Origin: Minisyncoccota bacterium
GTDB lineage: Bacteria > Patescibacteriota > Minisyncoccia > Phycocordibacterales > UBA918
Reading direction: 5' to 3'
Length of the DNA: 64,000 bases
Assembly: GCA_041389045.1 (NCBI GenBank)
Contig: JAWKSQ010000003.1
Span: forward strand, 25,120-89,119
Part shown: one piece after another, positions 1 to 9,792 of the stretch
Numbering within the stretch: position 1 is the first letter of the stretch
Layout of the letters: each line of letters starts with the position of its first letter
Program-made: the position numbers and the translations under genes
The notes under the pieces: model-generated
The model's input: only the letters and a program-made list of their open reading frames with translations
What the model was told of the DNA's origin: nothing
Database searches by the model: none

Positions 1-16
1 GAATTTTGCCCTTACC

Positions 17-346
17 GTGAAGCCTGTGGTAAAAAACTTCAAGCCATACATTATGCCAATAAAAAAGCCGTCAAATAAAACTGACTTCGCTAGATCTGTG
101 TATAGTGTTGTCAGAGAAATACCCCGAGGTAGCGCATTATCTTACAAAGAAGTAGCCGAGAAGTCTGGTAGCCCTAGAGCCTACCGGGCGGTTGCTAGCT
201 TGATGAAGGCTAATTTTGACCCCAACATACCTTGCCATAGAGTAATCAGGAGTGACGGCAAAGTCGGCGAATACAACCGGGGCGGTGAAAAAGAAAAGCG
301 AAAATTACTAATGAGTGAAGGCTGGACTAATACCGATAAAAGTTAA
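17..346 (+). CDS. ogt: methylated-DNA--protein-cysteine methyltransferase, single-domain (Ogt/MGMT C-terminal domain)
   Basis: Active-site PCHRV motif in IPCHRVIRSDG and the MGMT DNA-binding helix region. The ORF uses a GTG start and could extend upstream of the window. Confidence 0.7.
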   Translation: MKPVVKNFKPYIMPIKKPSNKTDFARSVYSVVREIPRGSALSYKEVAEKSGSPRAYRAVASLMKANFDPNIPCHRVIRSDGKVGEYNRGGEKEKRKLLMSEGWTNTDKS

Positions 347-373
347 AATCAATATTTCCAGCAAGGAAACTAG

Positions 374-994
374 GTGATACACTATAACCATATGTATTCA
401 TATCGTATCGAGCAGGCAATCAGAGCGGCCGCCGTACTTCATAAGAATCAACTCAGGAAAGGTTCAATGCCTTTTCCTTACGTGACCCACTTGGTAGCTA
501 CCGCTTTTACCCTCATGGACTATACGGAGGACGAAGATGTTATCATTGCCGCTTTACTCCACGACACTCTTGAAGATACCGATTACACCATTGATGAACT
601 ACAGGAAGACTTCGGTGGTAGGGTGAGAGAAATTGTCGAAGCTGTCAGTGAACCAAAAAGCTCTGCTAATGAAAAACTAACTTGGCTGCAAAAAAAGCAG
701 GCGTACATCAAGAGTCTCAAAAAAGGACCCAGGGAAGCCTCTCTAGTAGCTGCGGCTGACAAGATCCATAACTTCCGTACTTTAGTTGAAGATTATCACG
801 ACGCTCCAGAAAGATTTATTCAAGACTTTGGAAATAACTTCGACGAAAGACTTGATGCCTATCAAGCCGTCGCCAACGTCATCAACAGTCGCTTGGAAGG
901 ACCGATCTTGGCAGAGTTTAACCATGTTTTCGATGAATACAAGCAATTTTTATACAATATCCGCGAAATAGATGAACAAAAATACACAATCTAA
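374..994 (+). CDS. HD-domain (p)ppGpp hydrolase-like protein (RelA/SpoT N-terminal HD family, small alarmone hydrolase)
   Basis: LLHDTLEDT metal-binding HD motif typical of the SpoT/RelA hydrolase domain. The 206-aa length fits the standalone SAH/Mesh1-like form. Confidence 0.6.
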   Translation: MIHYNHMYSYRIEQAIRAAAVLHKNQLRKGSMPFPYVTHLVATAFTLMDYTEDEDVIIAALLHDTLEDTDYTIDELQEDFGGRVREIVEAVSEPKSSANEKLTWLQKKQAYIKSLKKGPREASLVAAADKIHNFRTLVEDYHDAPERFIQDFGNNFDERLDAYQAVANVINSRLEGPILAEFNHVFDEYKQFLYNIREIDEQKYTI

Positions 995-2264
995 AAATTT
1001 TAAATTTATAAGAACTGTTGCAAATATTTCCGAGTACCAACTAAGAAGTAATGGACTTATTGTCTTGTATAAGCATATCCCTGATACAGACATCGTCACT
1101 ACAAACCTTACTTATTTAGTCGGCTCTAGAGATGAGCAAATTGGCGAGTCCGGGGTTGCTCACATGCTAGAACATATGATGTTTAAACCTACGAAGGTTG
1201 ATTTAAGTAAGAAAAAAGATGCAGAGACTCTAAATTTTGAAAGAGAGGTCGGAACCTTACTTAATGCAAACACGTGGCGTGACCGCACCACGTATTACTT
1301 TTCCTATCCGACCGAGCACTTCAACAGAGCAATACGTATTGAAGCAGAAAGAATGCGAGACGTGACTTTGACCGATAGGGAATTCTTACCTGAACGTACA
1401 AATGTTTTAAGTGAATATGATATGTACAATGGAGACCCCCATTTTGCCATCAATGAATTAATGACCTGCACCGCTTTCATTTCTCACAACTACGGACACG
1501 AAACTATCGGATTTAGAGAAGATATATCTTCTTATACAATAGAAAAACTTGAACGTTTTTATAATCACTTCTATAGACCAAACAACGCTGTTCTAATGGT
1601 CATTGGAGACATAGACGAAAATATAGCACTACAAACTATTGCCAATAACTTTAAGCACATTGAGCCTGAACCTAACGTAAATGTGCGAGAAAAGATTACT
1701 GAACCATCCCAGGAGGGCATTAGACGAGTAGAAATTGTAAGACCTGGAAAGACCAACATACTTGCTATTGGTTTCAAACATCCTGGTTTTCCAACTAAAG
1801 GTTGGTTTGAGACTATGTTAATTCTCAAACTCTTAACCGAAGGCTCTGAGGGTATTCTAAATAAAAGACTCATTGACACTGGACTAGCTTCAAATATTTC
1901 AGTGAGCCAATCTCCATCAAAAGATATGGACTTAGGTACAATCTTTATTACTTTATCGTCTAAAACTTCACATACGAAGATGGAAGAATTGGTACGCAAA
2001 ATCATAGACAGTCTCACTGCTTCAATGATTCAAAAACAACTAAAACCAATCATTAAAAAGGTTATTGCCGAAGAAGTTTTTAAAAGAGACAGTAGTTTAG
2101 ATATAGCAGCTGAACTAACTGAATATGTAGCATCAGGAGATTGGGTTGAGTATACAAAAACAAAAGACACTTTAAATTCCATCACTGCTAAACAGATTAT
2201 GGAACGATTAAAAAATTTATTTATAGACAAAAACCTAACAATTGGCAGTTATAAAAGTATTTAG
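972..2264 (+). CDS. M16 family zinc peptidase (insulinase/pitrilysin-like), catalytic subunit
   Basis: HMLEHMMF inverted zinc-binding motif (HxxEH). The gene is paired with a second M16 gene. Confidence 0.75.
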   Translation: MNKNTQSKNFKFIRTVANISEYQLRSNGLIVLYKHIPDTDIVTTNLTYLVGSRDEQIGESGVAHMLEHMMFKPTKVDLSKKKDAETLNFEREVGTLLNANTWRDRTTYYFSYPTEHFNRAIRIEAERMRDVTLTDREFLPERTNVLSEYDMYNGDPHFAINELMTCTAFISHNYGHETIGFREDISSYTIEKLERFYNHFYRPNNAVLMVIGDIDENIALQTIANNFKHIEPEPNVNVREKITEPSQEGIRRVEIVRPGKTNILAIGFKHPGFPTKGWFETMLILKLLTEGSEGILNKRLIDTGLASNISVSQSPSKDMDLGTIFITLSSKTSHTKMEELVRKIIDSLTASMIQKQLKPIIKKVIAEEVFKRDSSLDIAAELTEYVASGDWVEYTKTKDTLNSITAKQIMERLKNLFIDKNLTIGSYKSI

Positions 2265-3555
2265 TATGGAAATTAAAACTACCATTAACGACACGATATC
2301 TTATGGAGAAGTAATCAAACCAGGATCCGACTTATTGATTGGTAAATTAACTTCAAGATATAATCTAGAAAATACGGCACACTCAGTAGCGCTAGGGTTA
2401 GTGTATACAGACCTACTAATTTCCGGTTCTGCCAATCTTTCTCGCGATGAATTTCAATCAAAGCTTAATGAACTTGGTTCTACTATTGAAGTAAGTTTAG
2501 ATAAGAAGGGTTTATTAATATCAATTAACTCACTTAAAAGTAATTTAAAGCCTACGCTGGCTTTGTTTGTAATGCTAATGTCACAACCCTCCTTTACCCT
2601 AAAAGAGTTCAAAAGGGCGAAACAATCACTTAAAAACGTATTGGAACTAAGTAAAGAAGATGCCCGGGAACTTGCGCTCGCCGGATTAAAAAATTCCTTT
2701 TTCAATTCAGCTAGTAATCAATACACGCACCCACCTGAATCCCTGATCAAAGCAGTTGACACCGTCGCCCATTCTGACATTAAAAGATTTCATAACCTGA
2801 TACTTGAATCAAGTTGGATAGCGACAGCCGGGGGCGATAGTTATGCAATTAAATCTTTTAAAGACACGATCAAAAAACTCAAAAAGCAAAAAGTAGAAAC
2901 CGTCGCTTATGCTAATAATACATTTATCGGTCTCAAAAAATGCCAGGCCGTTTTACAGGAAGTAAAGACTAAACAAAATATTGAGGTCTCCATTGGTGGA
3001 TACCTACCACTTACCTTGAAAGATGACGAGTTACCAGCATTCGTATTTGGTCTTAATGTTCTTGCTAAATGGGGTGGATTTTCAGGAAGATTGATGAGCA
3101 CAGTGAGAGAGAAAGAGGGTTTAACTTATATGATTTATGGTCGAACCGAAGGCATAACAGCGACAGAGGCAGGTTGTTGGCGAATTGCGACTTTTTTCTC
3201 ACCCAAGGATTTTATAAAGGGAATAAACTCTACAATTAATCAAATTGAAAAAATAGCTCGTAACGGAATAACTGAGTCAGAATCTGAGCGTTTCAAAACC
3301 ATCCTTAAAACAGGTGAAACATTAGTGTTCGACTCACTGACAAACACTACGGAGTTAGTACACATAAAATTAGTGTCAGGAATATCATGGGAAGAACACG
3401 TCTCATTTAGAGAAGCCTTGTACTCCTGTACCCGCAACCAGGTCAATAACGCATTAAAAGATTATTTGAACACTTCATCATTAACAGTTAGTGCTGCTGG
3501 ACCAACATCTGCTGTTAAACAACAACTGAAACAACTTTTAAAAGTTCTGAATTAG
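2242..3555 (+). CDS. M16 family peptidase, probably the non-catalytic partner subunit
   Basis: M16-like size and architecture but no HxxEH motif. The gene is immediately downstream of the catalytic M16 gene and overlaps it. Confidence 0.55.
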   Translation: MAVIKVFSMEIKTTINDTISYGEVIKPGSDLLIGKLTSRYNLENTAHSVALGLVYTDLLISGSANLSRDEFQSKLNELGSTIEVSLDKKGLLISINSLKSNLKPTLALFVMLMSQPSFTLKEFKRAKQSLKNVLELSKEDARELALAGLKNSFFNSASNQYTHPPESLIKAVDTVAHSDIKRFHNLILESSWIATAGGDSYAIKSFKDTIKKLKKQKVETVAYANNTFIGLKKCQAVLQEVKTKQNIEVSIGGYLPLTLKDDELPAFVFGLNVLAKWGGFSGRLMSTVREKEGLTYMIYGRTEGITATEAGCWRIATFFSPKDFIKGINSTINQIEKIARNGITESESERFKTILKTGETLVFDSLTNTTELVHIKLVSGISWEEHVSFREALYSCTRNQVNNALKDYLNTSSLTVSAAGPTSAVKQQLKQLLKVLN

Positions 3556-3587
3556 AAAATGTTTTGTTATACTAAACGAAGTCATTT

Positions 3588-3860
3588 ATGAATATACTTT
3601 TTTGGGGATTAACACTTGGGGTGGCTGGAAAAATACTAGTAGTACTAGCGGTACTTCATATGCATCATTCTATTGTTCGTGAGCACCGGATAGACCGAAA
3701 TGTCATTCTAACTTACAGGCAAGAACGGGTCTTAACTTTTATTGGCTTAATACTCATCGCTGCCGGATACGCCATGGAGATTTATTTCTATTCACCCACC
3801 TCATTCTTTACTTGTCACGGGAAAGAGTGTGCGGCTGCCTTGGGTGGACTCTTAAATTAG
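3588..3860 (+). CDS. hypothetical small membrane protein
   Basis: 90-aa ORF with two predicted hydrophobic helices. No recognisable family. Confidence 0.3.
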   Translation: MNILFWGLTLGVAGKILVVLAVLHMHHSIVREHRIDRNVILTYRQERVLTFIGLILIAAGYAMEIYFYSPTSFFTCHGKECAAALGGLLN

Positions 3861-3910
3861 CAATAATCTTACTTTTTGTTATAGTGTCCAAACTATAACT
3901 ATATAAATTT

Positions 3911-5857
3911 ATGAGTGGCAATGAAATTCGCAAAAAGTATCTAGACTTCATGGTAAAGAACGGCCACGCGGTCATACCATCAGCTGCTTTAGTGCCTGAA
4001 AATGATCCCACCACTTTGTTTACCGGTAGTGGTATGCAACCACTTATCCCATACTTAATGGGTGAAAAGCATCCTAAGGGTGTTCGGTTGACTGACTCGC
4101 AAAAGTGCTTTAGAGCCAATGATATTGAAGAGGTGGGTGATAACCGTCACACTACTTTTTTTGAGATGCTTGGTAACTGGTCCTTAGGAGACTACTTCAA
4201 AAAAGAACAACTGCGTTGGTTTTTCTACTTTCTGGTGGACGAAGTTGGTTTAGATCCAAAAAATATTTATGTCACGGTGTTTGCTGGAGATGAGTCACTA
4301 GGAATTCCGAAAGACACAGAAGCGGTAACACTCTGGAAGGAATTATTTGCAGAAAAAGGAATTGAGGCTAAAGATGTCTACATTGGAAGCGAAGAAAACG
4401 GCTACGAAGTTGGAATGCAGGGTGGTCGTATCTTTTATTACGACTCAGCAAAAAATTGGTGGAGTCGTTCCGGGACACCAGATAAAATGCCTATTGGCGA
4501 AATTGGCGGACCAGACAGTGAAGTCTTTTATGATTTTGGCAATGAACATGCCACACACCCTGACTTTAAAGATAAAGAACCACATCCAAATAGTGACTCA
4601 GGTCAATTTCTAGAAATCGGCAATTCTGTTTTTATTGAATATATAAAGCAACCAGACGGTAGTTTTACTAAATTGCCACAGAAAAACGTGGACTTTGGTG
4701 GGGGACTAGAAAGAATAGCTGCTGCAAAAGTGGGTACACCCGACATGTTCAAAGTTGACCTACTCTGGAAAGTGGTAGAAAAAATTGAACAAATTTCTGG
4801 CAAGAAATACGAATCGGACTTAGTCTCATTCAGAGTTATCACTGACCATCTTCGTGGTGCAGTCTTTTTAATTGGTGATGGGGTAAAGCCAGGTAATTCA
4901 GATCAAGACTACTTTGTCCGCAGACTACTGAGACGGGCAGTAAGATTTGCTGACAAACTAGAGATACCAGCCGGTAAATTCGCTGAGCTAGCAAAAGGGG
5001 TGATCGAGACTTACTCAGACCATTATCCTGTACTAAGTGACTCGGCAGAAACTATTCTTGAGACTATCGCTAAAGAAGAGGAGCAATTCAGAAAAACCCT
5101 CGAAGCTGGTCTAAAACAGTTCAATAAGCGTTCAGTGGAAATACACTTAACTAGTAAGACAGTTGACGGTAAGAAAACTATCGACAAATCTATTCCACCA
5201 ACTACCAAATCCTATATCAGTGGCCAAAACGCTTTTGAGTTATATACAACCTACGGCTTCCCAATAGAACTCACTGAAGAAATTGCAGCTGAAAAGGGAA
5301 TGAGAGTAGACAGAAAAGTCTTTACCGAACTAATGGAAAAACATAAAGAAGAGTCCCGGTCGGGCGCCGAACAAAAGTTCAAAGGTGGTCTAGCTGATCA
5401 TTCTGAAAAAGTGGTTCAGTATCATACCGCTACACACCTGTTACTAGCTGGCTTACGCAAGGAGCTCGGAGACACCGTTCACCAAGCTGGCTCCAACATT
5501 ACTGGTGAGAGACTGCGTTTTGATTTCACCTACAATAGTAAAGTTGAACCGGAAATACTACGAAAAGTAGAAGACTTTGTTAATAATGCCATTAAAGTTG
5601 GTGGGCAAGTTAGCATCGACATGATGTCAAAAGATAAAGCACAAGCTGATAAAACTATCGAGGCTAGCTTTTGGGACAGATACCCAGACGAAGTTAAGGT
5701 TTATACTATAAAAGGAAACAACGGTACAATTTTCTCACGTGAACTATGTGGTGGTCCTCATGTTAGTGATTTAAGTGAAATCAAAGGTGATTTCAAAATT
5801 GAAAAAGAGGAGTCTTCATCAGCTGGAGTAAGGCGCATTAAAGCCACACTAAACTAG
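3911..5857 (+). CDS. alaS: alanine--tRNA ligase, short form lacking the C-Ala domain
   Basis: N-terminal class II catalytic core (FTGSGMQPL, FFEMLGNWS). Editing-domain zinc motifs HTATHLL and CGGPHV are present. The ORF ends shortly after the GVRRI motif, at 648 aa. Confidence 0.85.
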   Translation: MSGNEIRKKYLDFMVKNGHAVIPSAALVPENDPTTLFTGSGMQPLIPYLMGEKHPKGVRLTDSQKCFRANDIEEVGDNRHTTFFEMLGNWSLGDYFKKEQLRWFFYFLVDEVGLDPKNIYVTVFAGDESLGIPKDTEAVTLWKELFAEKGIEAKDVYIGSEENGYEVGMQGGRIFYYDSAKNWWSRSGTPDKMPIGEIGGPDSEVFYDFGNEHATHPDFKDKEPHPNSDSGQFLEIGNSVFIEYIKQPDGSFTKLPQKNVDFGGGLERIAAAKVGTPDMFKVDLLWKVVEKIEQISGKKYESDLVSFRVITDHLRGAVFLIGDGVKPGNSDQDYFVRRLLRRAVRFADKLEIPAGKFAELAKGVIETYSDHYPVLSDSAETILETIAKEEEQFRKTLEAGLKQFNKRSVEIHLTSKTVDGKKTIDKSIPPTTKSYISGQNAFELYTTYGFPIELTEEIAAEKGMRVDRKVFTELMEKHKEESRSGAEQKFKGGLADHSEKVVQYHTATHLLLAGLRKELGDTVHQAGSNITGERLRFDFTYNSKVEPEILRKVEDFVNNAIKVGGQVSIDMMSKDKAQADKTIEASFWDRYPDEVKVYTIKGNNGTIFSRELCGGPHVSDLSEIKGDFKIEKEESSSAGVRRIKATLN

Positions 5858-5912
5858 CTATCCACGAAGTAAAACCCTGAAAGGGTATTACTCTTGCTAT
5901 AATAAAATAAAT

Positions 5913-7145
5913 ATGGCTTTTTTTAGCGGTAGCAAGAATGACCTAAACTATTCGGCTCTTGTTGATATTGGCTCTGGCAGTGTTTTAGTCACTATCATTG
6001 GGTCGGATCCTGGCAAAGCTCATCCTGACATCATCTGGTCAAAACGCGAGTACACAGCACTACAAAATATTGACTCAATTTCTCAAAGCGCCAAAAATGT
6101 TATGTCGTCATTGCTGAACGCGATGATGATACTAGACTCAGAAGGAAGGAAGGCTTTAAAAGAAGCGGTTGGTATTTCGAAACTTGATTTTGTTCAAGTT
6201 ACTATAGCTGCCCCTTGGTCGTACACTGTAACTAAGACTATTTCTTATAAACATGATGAACCCTTTAATGTTTCACCTGACTTAGTAGAAGAATTATTGC
6301 GAACTTCACACAAAAAAGTTGAAGAGGAACTCAGTGAGAACGAAAAAGCTAACAATCTTGGCTTATCGGTAGTTACCAGGTCTTGTGTGGGAATTATCGC
6401 TAATGGTTACCCGGTAACTCAACCAAGTAATCAGAAAGCTAAGTCACTGAAAATCGTTGAGTCCAGTGCCGTAGCTCAGAATTATCTACTAGACGCTCTA
6501 GAAGAAGTGCAACATAAGGTACTTCCAGGTTCAAAGTCCAGCCTTTATTCTTTCATGCTTATTTATTACTATCTAATAAAAAGCCTTTATCCTGACACCC
6601 AGGAATATTGTTTAGTTGACATAACTTACGAAGCAACTGAAGTCGGGATAGTCAGAGACGGTATTTTGAATTACTCTACTCATACTCCGTATGGAGCCTA
6701 TTCTTTAGCCCGTGAAATTAGCAACATTTTGCAGATTCCTTTAACTGAAGCATTTGGCCACCTGCATGATGAAAACTTAAATTTAGACAATCTTACCTTA
6801 ACGGCTGGACAAAAGAAGGATATAGAAATACTGTTAAATAGCTATACCGATAAGATATCCGCCTTATTTCACGAAACCGGAGATGCATTATCAGTACCTA
6901 AAAAAATATTTTTACACGGAAATCTTGAAACGGAGGCTTTTTTCAAAGAACAAATAAGTGTAGCGGCGAAGAAGGCTACCGGCCTTTCACACGCGGTTTA
7001 CCCAGTTTCTACTGTGCTTCTAACCAGACATTATTCCGAAGCTGATAAGAGTCATTTTATGGAAAATGCTTCAGATACAGCCCTTTTAATTTCGGCTCAG
7101 TTTTTCCACAACCGAGAGTTCCATAGCAAATTTGAACAACTTTAG
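5913..7145 (+). CDS. actin-like ATPase of the ASKHA superfamily (FtsA/PilM-like)
   Basis: Phosphate-1-like ALVDIGSGSVLV, phosphate-2-like CLVDITYEATEVGIVRDG and an adenosine-like KKIFLHGN motif. The C-terminus (FFHNREFHSKFEQL) is potentially amphipathic. The 410-aa length is FtsA-like. Confidence 0.45.
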   Translation: MAFFSGSKNDLNYSALVDIGSGSVLVTIIGSDPGKAHPDIIWSKREYTALQNIDSISQSAKNVMSSLLNAMMILDSEGRKALKEAVGISKLDFVQVTIAAPWSYTVTKTISYKHDEPFNVSPDLVEELLRTSHKKVEEELSENEKANNLGLSVVTRSCVGIIANGYPVTQPSNQKAKSLKIVESSAVAQNYLLDALEEVQHKVLPGSKSSLYSFMLIYYYLIKSLYPDTQEYCLVDITYEATEVGIVRDGILNYSTHTPYGAYSLAREISNILQIPLTEAFGHLHDENLNLDNLTLTAGQKKDIEILLNSYTDKISALFHETGDALSVPKKIFLHGNLETEAFFKEQISVAAKKATGLSHAVYPVSTVLLTRHYSEADKSHFMENASDTALLISAQFFHNREFHSKFEQL

Positions 7146-7169
7146 AAAGATATACTATATAATGAAAAT

Positions 7170-8525
7170 ATGACACAAAAATGGAACCTTCAGGACATAA
7201 GACCAGCCGAACCTCGGCGCCGTAGACCAAGTAATTTTGATGAAGTTAACTCAGTTTCAAATAACCATTCTAATCACACACATACAGCATCTGAATCTGT
7301 TGAAAGAGGGAACTATGACGACGGAGCAGACACAATTGTTATTAAAAATGGTAACAAGGAAAGTCGTTTTAATATCGCCCTAATATCTGGTGTTGTAGCC
7401 TTAATCGTTATAGGTATTTTTGCTGTTAGTGCCTTACTGTCCAAAACCACCCTGACTGTCTATCCTGAATTTAATGAACCAACAGTTAACGCTGAGTATA
7501 CTGCCTATCCTGATAGACGTGCTGACGCTCTCTCATATGAAATCATGACCCTATCAGAAGAAGGGGAAAGACAAGTCAAGGCCACTGGCCAAGAAACTGT
7601 CAAAACTCAAGCAAAGGGGTATATTGAAATCATCAAATCAACCCCTGGCACTGAGCGCCTAATCAAAAATACCCGTTTCCGGGCTCCGAGCGGTCAAATA
7701 TTTAGAATCCAAGAGTCAGTAGTAGTTCCTGGCGCAGTAAAAGACGCTTCCGGTAGCCTAATACCTGGTACTATTCGGGCTGAAGTTTTTGCTGATGAAG
7801 CTGGGCAAGAATTTAATTTACCTGCTGGAACAAAGTTTGATGTCCCTGGTTTTAAAGAAAGCAATCTAACCGAGCTTTACAACTCTATTTACGCTGAAAA
7901 TCGCGAAGCTTTCACTGGAGGCTTTAATGGACCAAAGTTTATTATTGATGAAGATGAACTTGCTACTGCTAAACAGACATTACAAATTGAGCTTCGCGAC
8001 AAACTACTTAAAAGAATCGAAGCTGAAAAACCAGCTGACTTTGCAGCTTTCCCTGGGGCGGTAGCTATTACCTATAATTCGCAACCAACGATCCAGTTTG
8101 GAGATAATTTGGTAACTATTCGTGAACAAGCAGTATTACAGCTTCCACTATTTAAGAATGATGACTTTGCTAAATTCTTAGCTTTAGAAACTATTCCTAC
8201 TTATGAAAGAGAAGAGGTGAGAATCACAAATCTATCTGACTTAACTTTTGCCTATAAAGATCAAAATACTAGTTCTATTAATATAGCCGATCAAACTTCC
8301 TTAACTTTCAAAATCCTAGGTAAACCACAAATAGTTTCTAGCTTTGATGCAGTTCAACTTAAAAAGGATTTAGCCGGAAAACCGCTAACAGCTATTTCAT
8401 TCGTACTAACTGGTCATAAAGGTATTAAAAGTGCCAAAATCTCTGGTAAACCCTTCTGGAAAAGGTCCTTCCCAGACGATCCAGAAGATATTACAGTTAT
8501 AGAAGTAATAGGGAAGGACGAGTAG
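7170..8525 (+). CDS. bitopic membrane protein with a large extracytoplasmic domain, partner of the upstream ASKHA ATPase
   Basis: An N-terminal cytoplasmic region of about 65 aa, then a single TM helix (FNIALISGVVALIVIGIFAVSALL), then about 360 aa outside. No recognised family. Confidence 0.4.
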   Translation: MTQKWNLQDIRPAEPRRRRPSNFDEVNSVSNNHSNHTHTASESVERGNYDDGADTIVIKNGNKESRFNIALISGVVALIVIGIFAVSALLSKTTLTVYPEFNEPTVNAEYTAYPDRRADALSYEIMTLSEEGERQVKATGQETVKTQAKGYIEIIKSTPGTERLIKNTRFRAPSGQIFRIQESVVVPGAVKDASGSLIPGTIRAEVFADEAGQEFNLPAGTKFDVPGFKESNLTELYNSIYAENREAFTGGFNGPKFIIDEDELATAKQTLQIELRDKLLKRIEAEKPADFAAFPGAVAITYNSQPTIQFGDNLVTIREQAVLQLPLFKNDDFAKFLALETIPTYEREEVRITNLSDLTFAYKDQNTSSINIADQTSLTFKILGKPQIVSSFDAVQLKKDLAGKPLTAISFVLTGHKGIKSAKISGKPFWKRSFPDDPEDITVIEVIGKDE

Positions 8526-8539
8526 TCGACACTTAGCTC

Positions 8540-8568
8540 TTGACCATTTCCAGTAATTTTGTTAGACT
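8540..8568 (+). promoter_or_regulatory. candidate sigma-70 promoter for the infA-rpmJ-rpsM operon (TTGACC-N17-TAGACT)
   Basis: A hexamer pair with 17-nt spacing located 12 bp upstream of infA. Confidence 0.3.
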
Positions 8569-8580
8569 CAGCCACGTTTA

Positions 8581-8808
8581 ATGGATCAAAAAACACAAGA
8601 CGTTAAAGACGATTTGACATACGGTATTGTTGACGAAGCTTTACCTAATGCTTTTTTTCGTGTCATACTAGATGACACGAAAGAGTCAGTGGTAGCCTAC
8701 CTAGCTGGCAAAATGCGTAAGTTTCGCATCCGTGTACTTGTTGGAGACAAAGTTGGGATGGTGATAGATCCATATGGAGGTAAGGCACGTATTACTAAAA
8801 GACTTTAA
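8581..8808 (+). CDS. infA: translation initiation factor IF-1
   Basis: 75 aa. [16 protein letters not shown] matches the IF-1 S1-like fold signature. Confidence 0.9.
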   Translation: MDQKTQDVKDDLTYGIVDEALPNAFFRVILDDTKESVVAYLAGKMRKFRIRVLVGDKVGMVIDPYGGKARITKRL

Positions 8809-8816
8809 GAATCAAT

Positions 8817-8933
8817 ATGAAAGTTAGATCGTCAGTTAAAAAGATGAGTCCAGATGACATCATCGTAAAAAGAAGAGGAGTCGTATTTGTTATTAACAAG
8901 AAAAAACCAAGACATAAGCAAAGACAAGGATAA
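8817..8933 (+). CDS. rpmJ: 50S ribosomal protein L36, zinc-independent (C-minus) variant
   Basis: The 38-aa [41 protein letters not shown] is not in the ORF track because it is under 60 aa. It aligns along its whole length to L36 and sits in the canonical infA-rpmJ-rpsM position. Three of the four zinc ligands are replaced (C to S, D and N). Confidence 0.85.
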   Translation: MKVRSSVKKMSPDDIIVKRRGVVFVINKKKPRHKQRQG

Positions 8934-8935
8934 GT

Positions 8936-9313
8936 ATGAGAATTTCAGGTATTACAATTCCAGATGAAAAACAAATCGCCTACGGCCTAACTGCTGTGTA
9001 TGGTGTTGGACTGCCAAGAGCAAAAACTATCTTGGCTGAACTAAAGATTGATCCAACCACTAAACCAACAACACTTACCACGGAGCAAGAAAATGCCATT
9101 CGCGAGAAAGTTGAAGGATATCGCATCGAAGGAGACCTTAAGCGAGAAATTTCTAGTAACATCAAGCGACTTAAGGACATTTCTTCATATCGTGGCTCAA
9201 GACACGCCAAGCGTCTACCAGCTCGCGGACAACGTACTAAAACTAACGCCCGAACTCTAAAGGGAGCTAAGAAGACTATGGGTAGTGGACGTCGTAAGCT
9301 AGAAAAGACTTAA
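8936..9313 (+). CDS. rpsM: 30S ribosomal protein S13
   Basis: MRISGITIPDEKQIAYGLTAVYGVG N-terminus and a basic C-terminal tail. Confidence 0.9.
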   Translation: MRISGITIPDEKQIAYGLTAVYGVGLPRAKTILAELKIDPTTKPTTLTTEQENAIREKVEGYRIEGDLKREISSNIKRLKDISSYRGSRHAKRLPARGQRTKTNARTLKGAKKTMGSGRRKLEKT

Positions 9314-9348
9314 AATAGCTTTTATTAATTTGAATTTACGTAAGACAT

Positions 9349-9780
9349 ATGGGTAAGAAACGTATCATAAAGAAAGGAGGAGGTTCAGACGTAGCGGGTA
9401 CATCTCGTGCGCTTAACCGTATTCCAAAGAAAAAGTTAGCGGCTGGAAGACTTAGTATTCTCGCCACTTTCAATAACACTCTACTAACCCTTTGTGACAC
9501 TAAGGGTAACGCTGTTATGAGTGCCTCTAGTGGCGCTCTAGGTTTTAAAGGTTCTCGTAAAAGTACACCTTTCGCTGCTGCTAAAGTAGGGGAAATTATC
9601 GGTGAAAAGGCTCAGCAAATGGGGATGAAGGACGCTGAGGTTATCATCCGCGGTGTGGGCGCTGGTCGCGAATCAGCTCTACGAGCATTTTCCGGAAAGG
9701 GTATTGGTATTACTAGCATCAAAGACATGACTCCAGTTCCATTTAATGGAACTCGTCCTCCTAAGCCTCGTCGTGTTTAA
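9349..9780 (+). CDS. rpsK: 30S ribosomal protein S11
   Basis: Conserved S11 core (LTLCDTKGNAVMSASSGALGFKGSRKSTPFAA, PKPRR tail). Confidence 0.9.
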   Translation: MGKKRIIKKGGGSDVAGTSRALNRIPKKKLAAGRLSILATFNNTLLTLCDTKGNAVMSASSGALGFKGSRKSTPFAAAKVGEIIGEKAQQMGMKDAEVIIRGVGAGRESALRAFSGKGIGITSIKDMTPVPFNGTRPPKPRRV

Positions 9781-9792
9781 TATTTATTTCAT

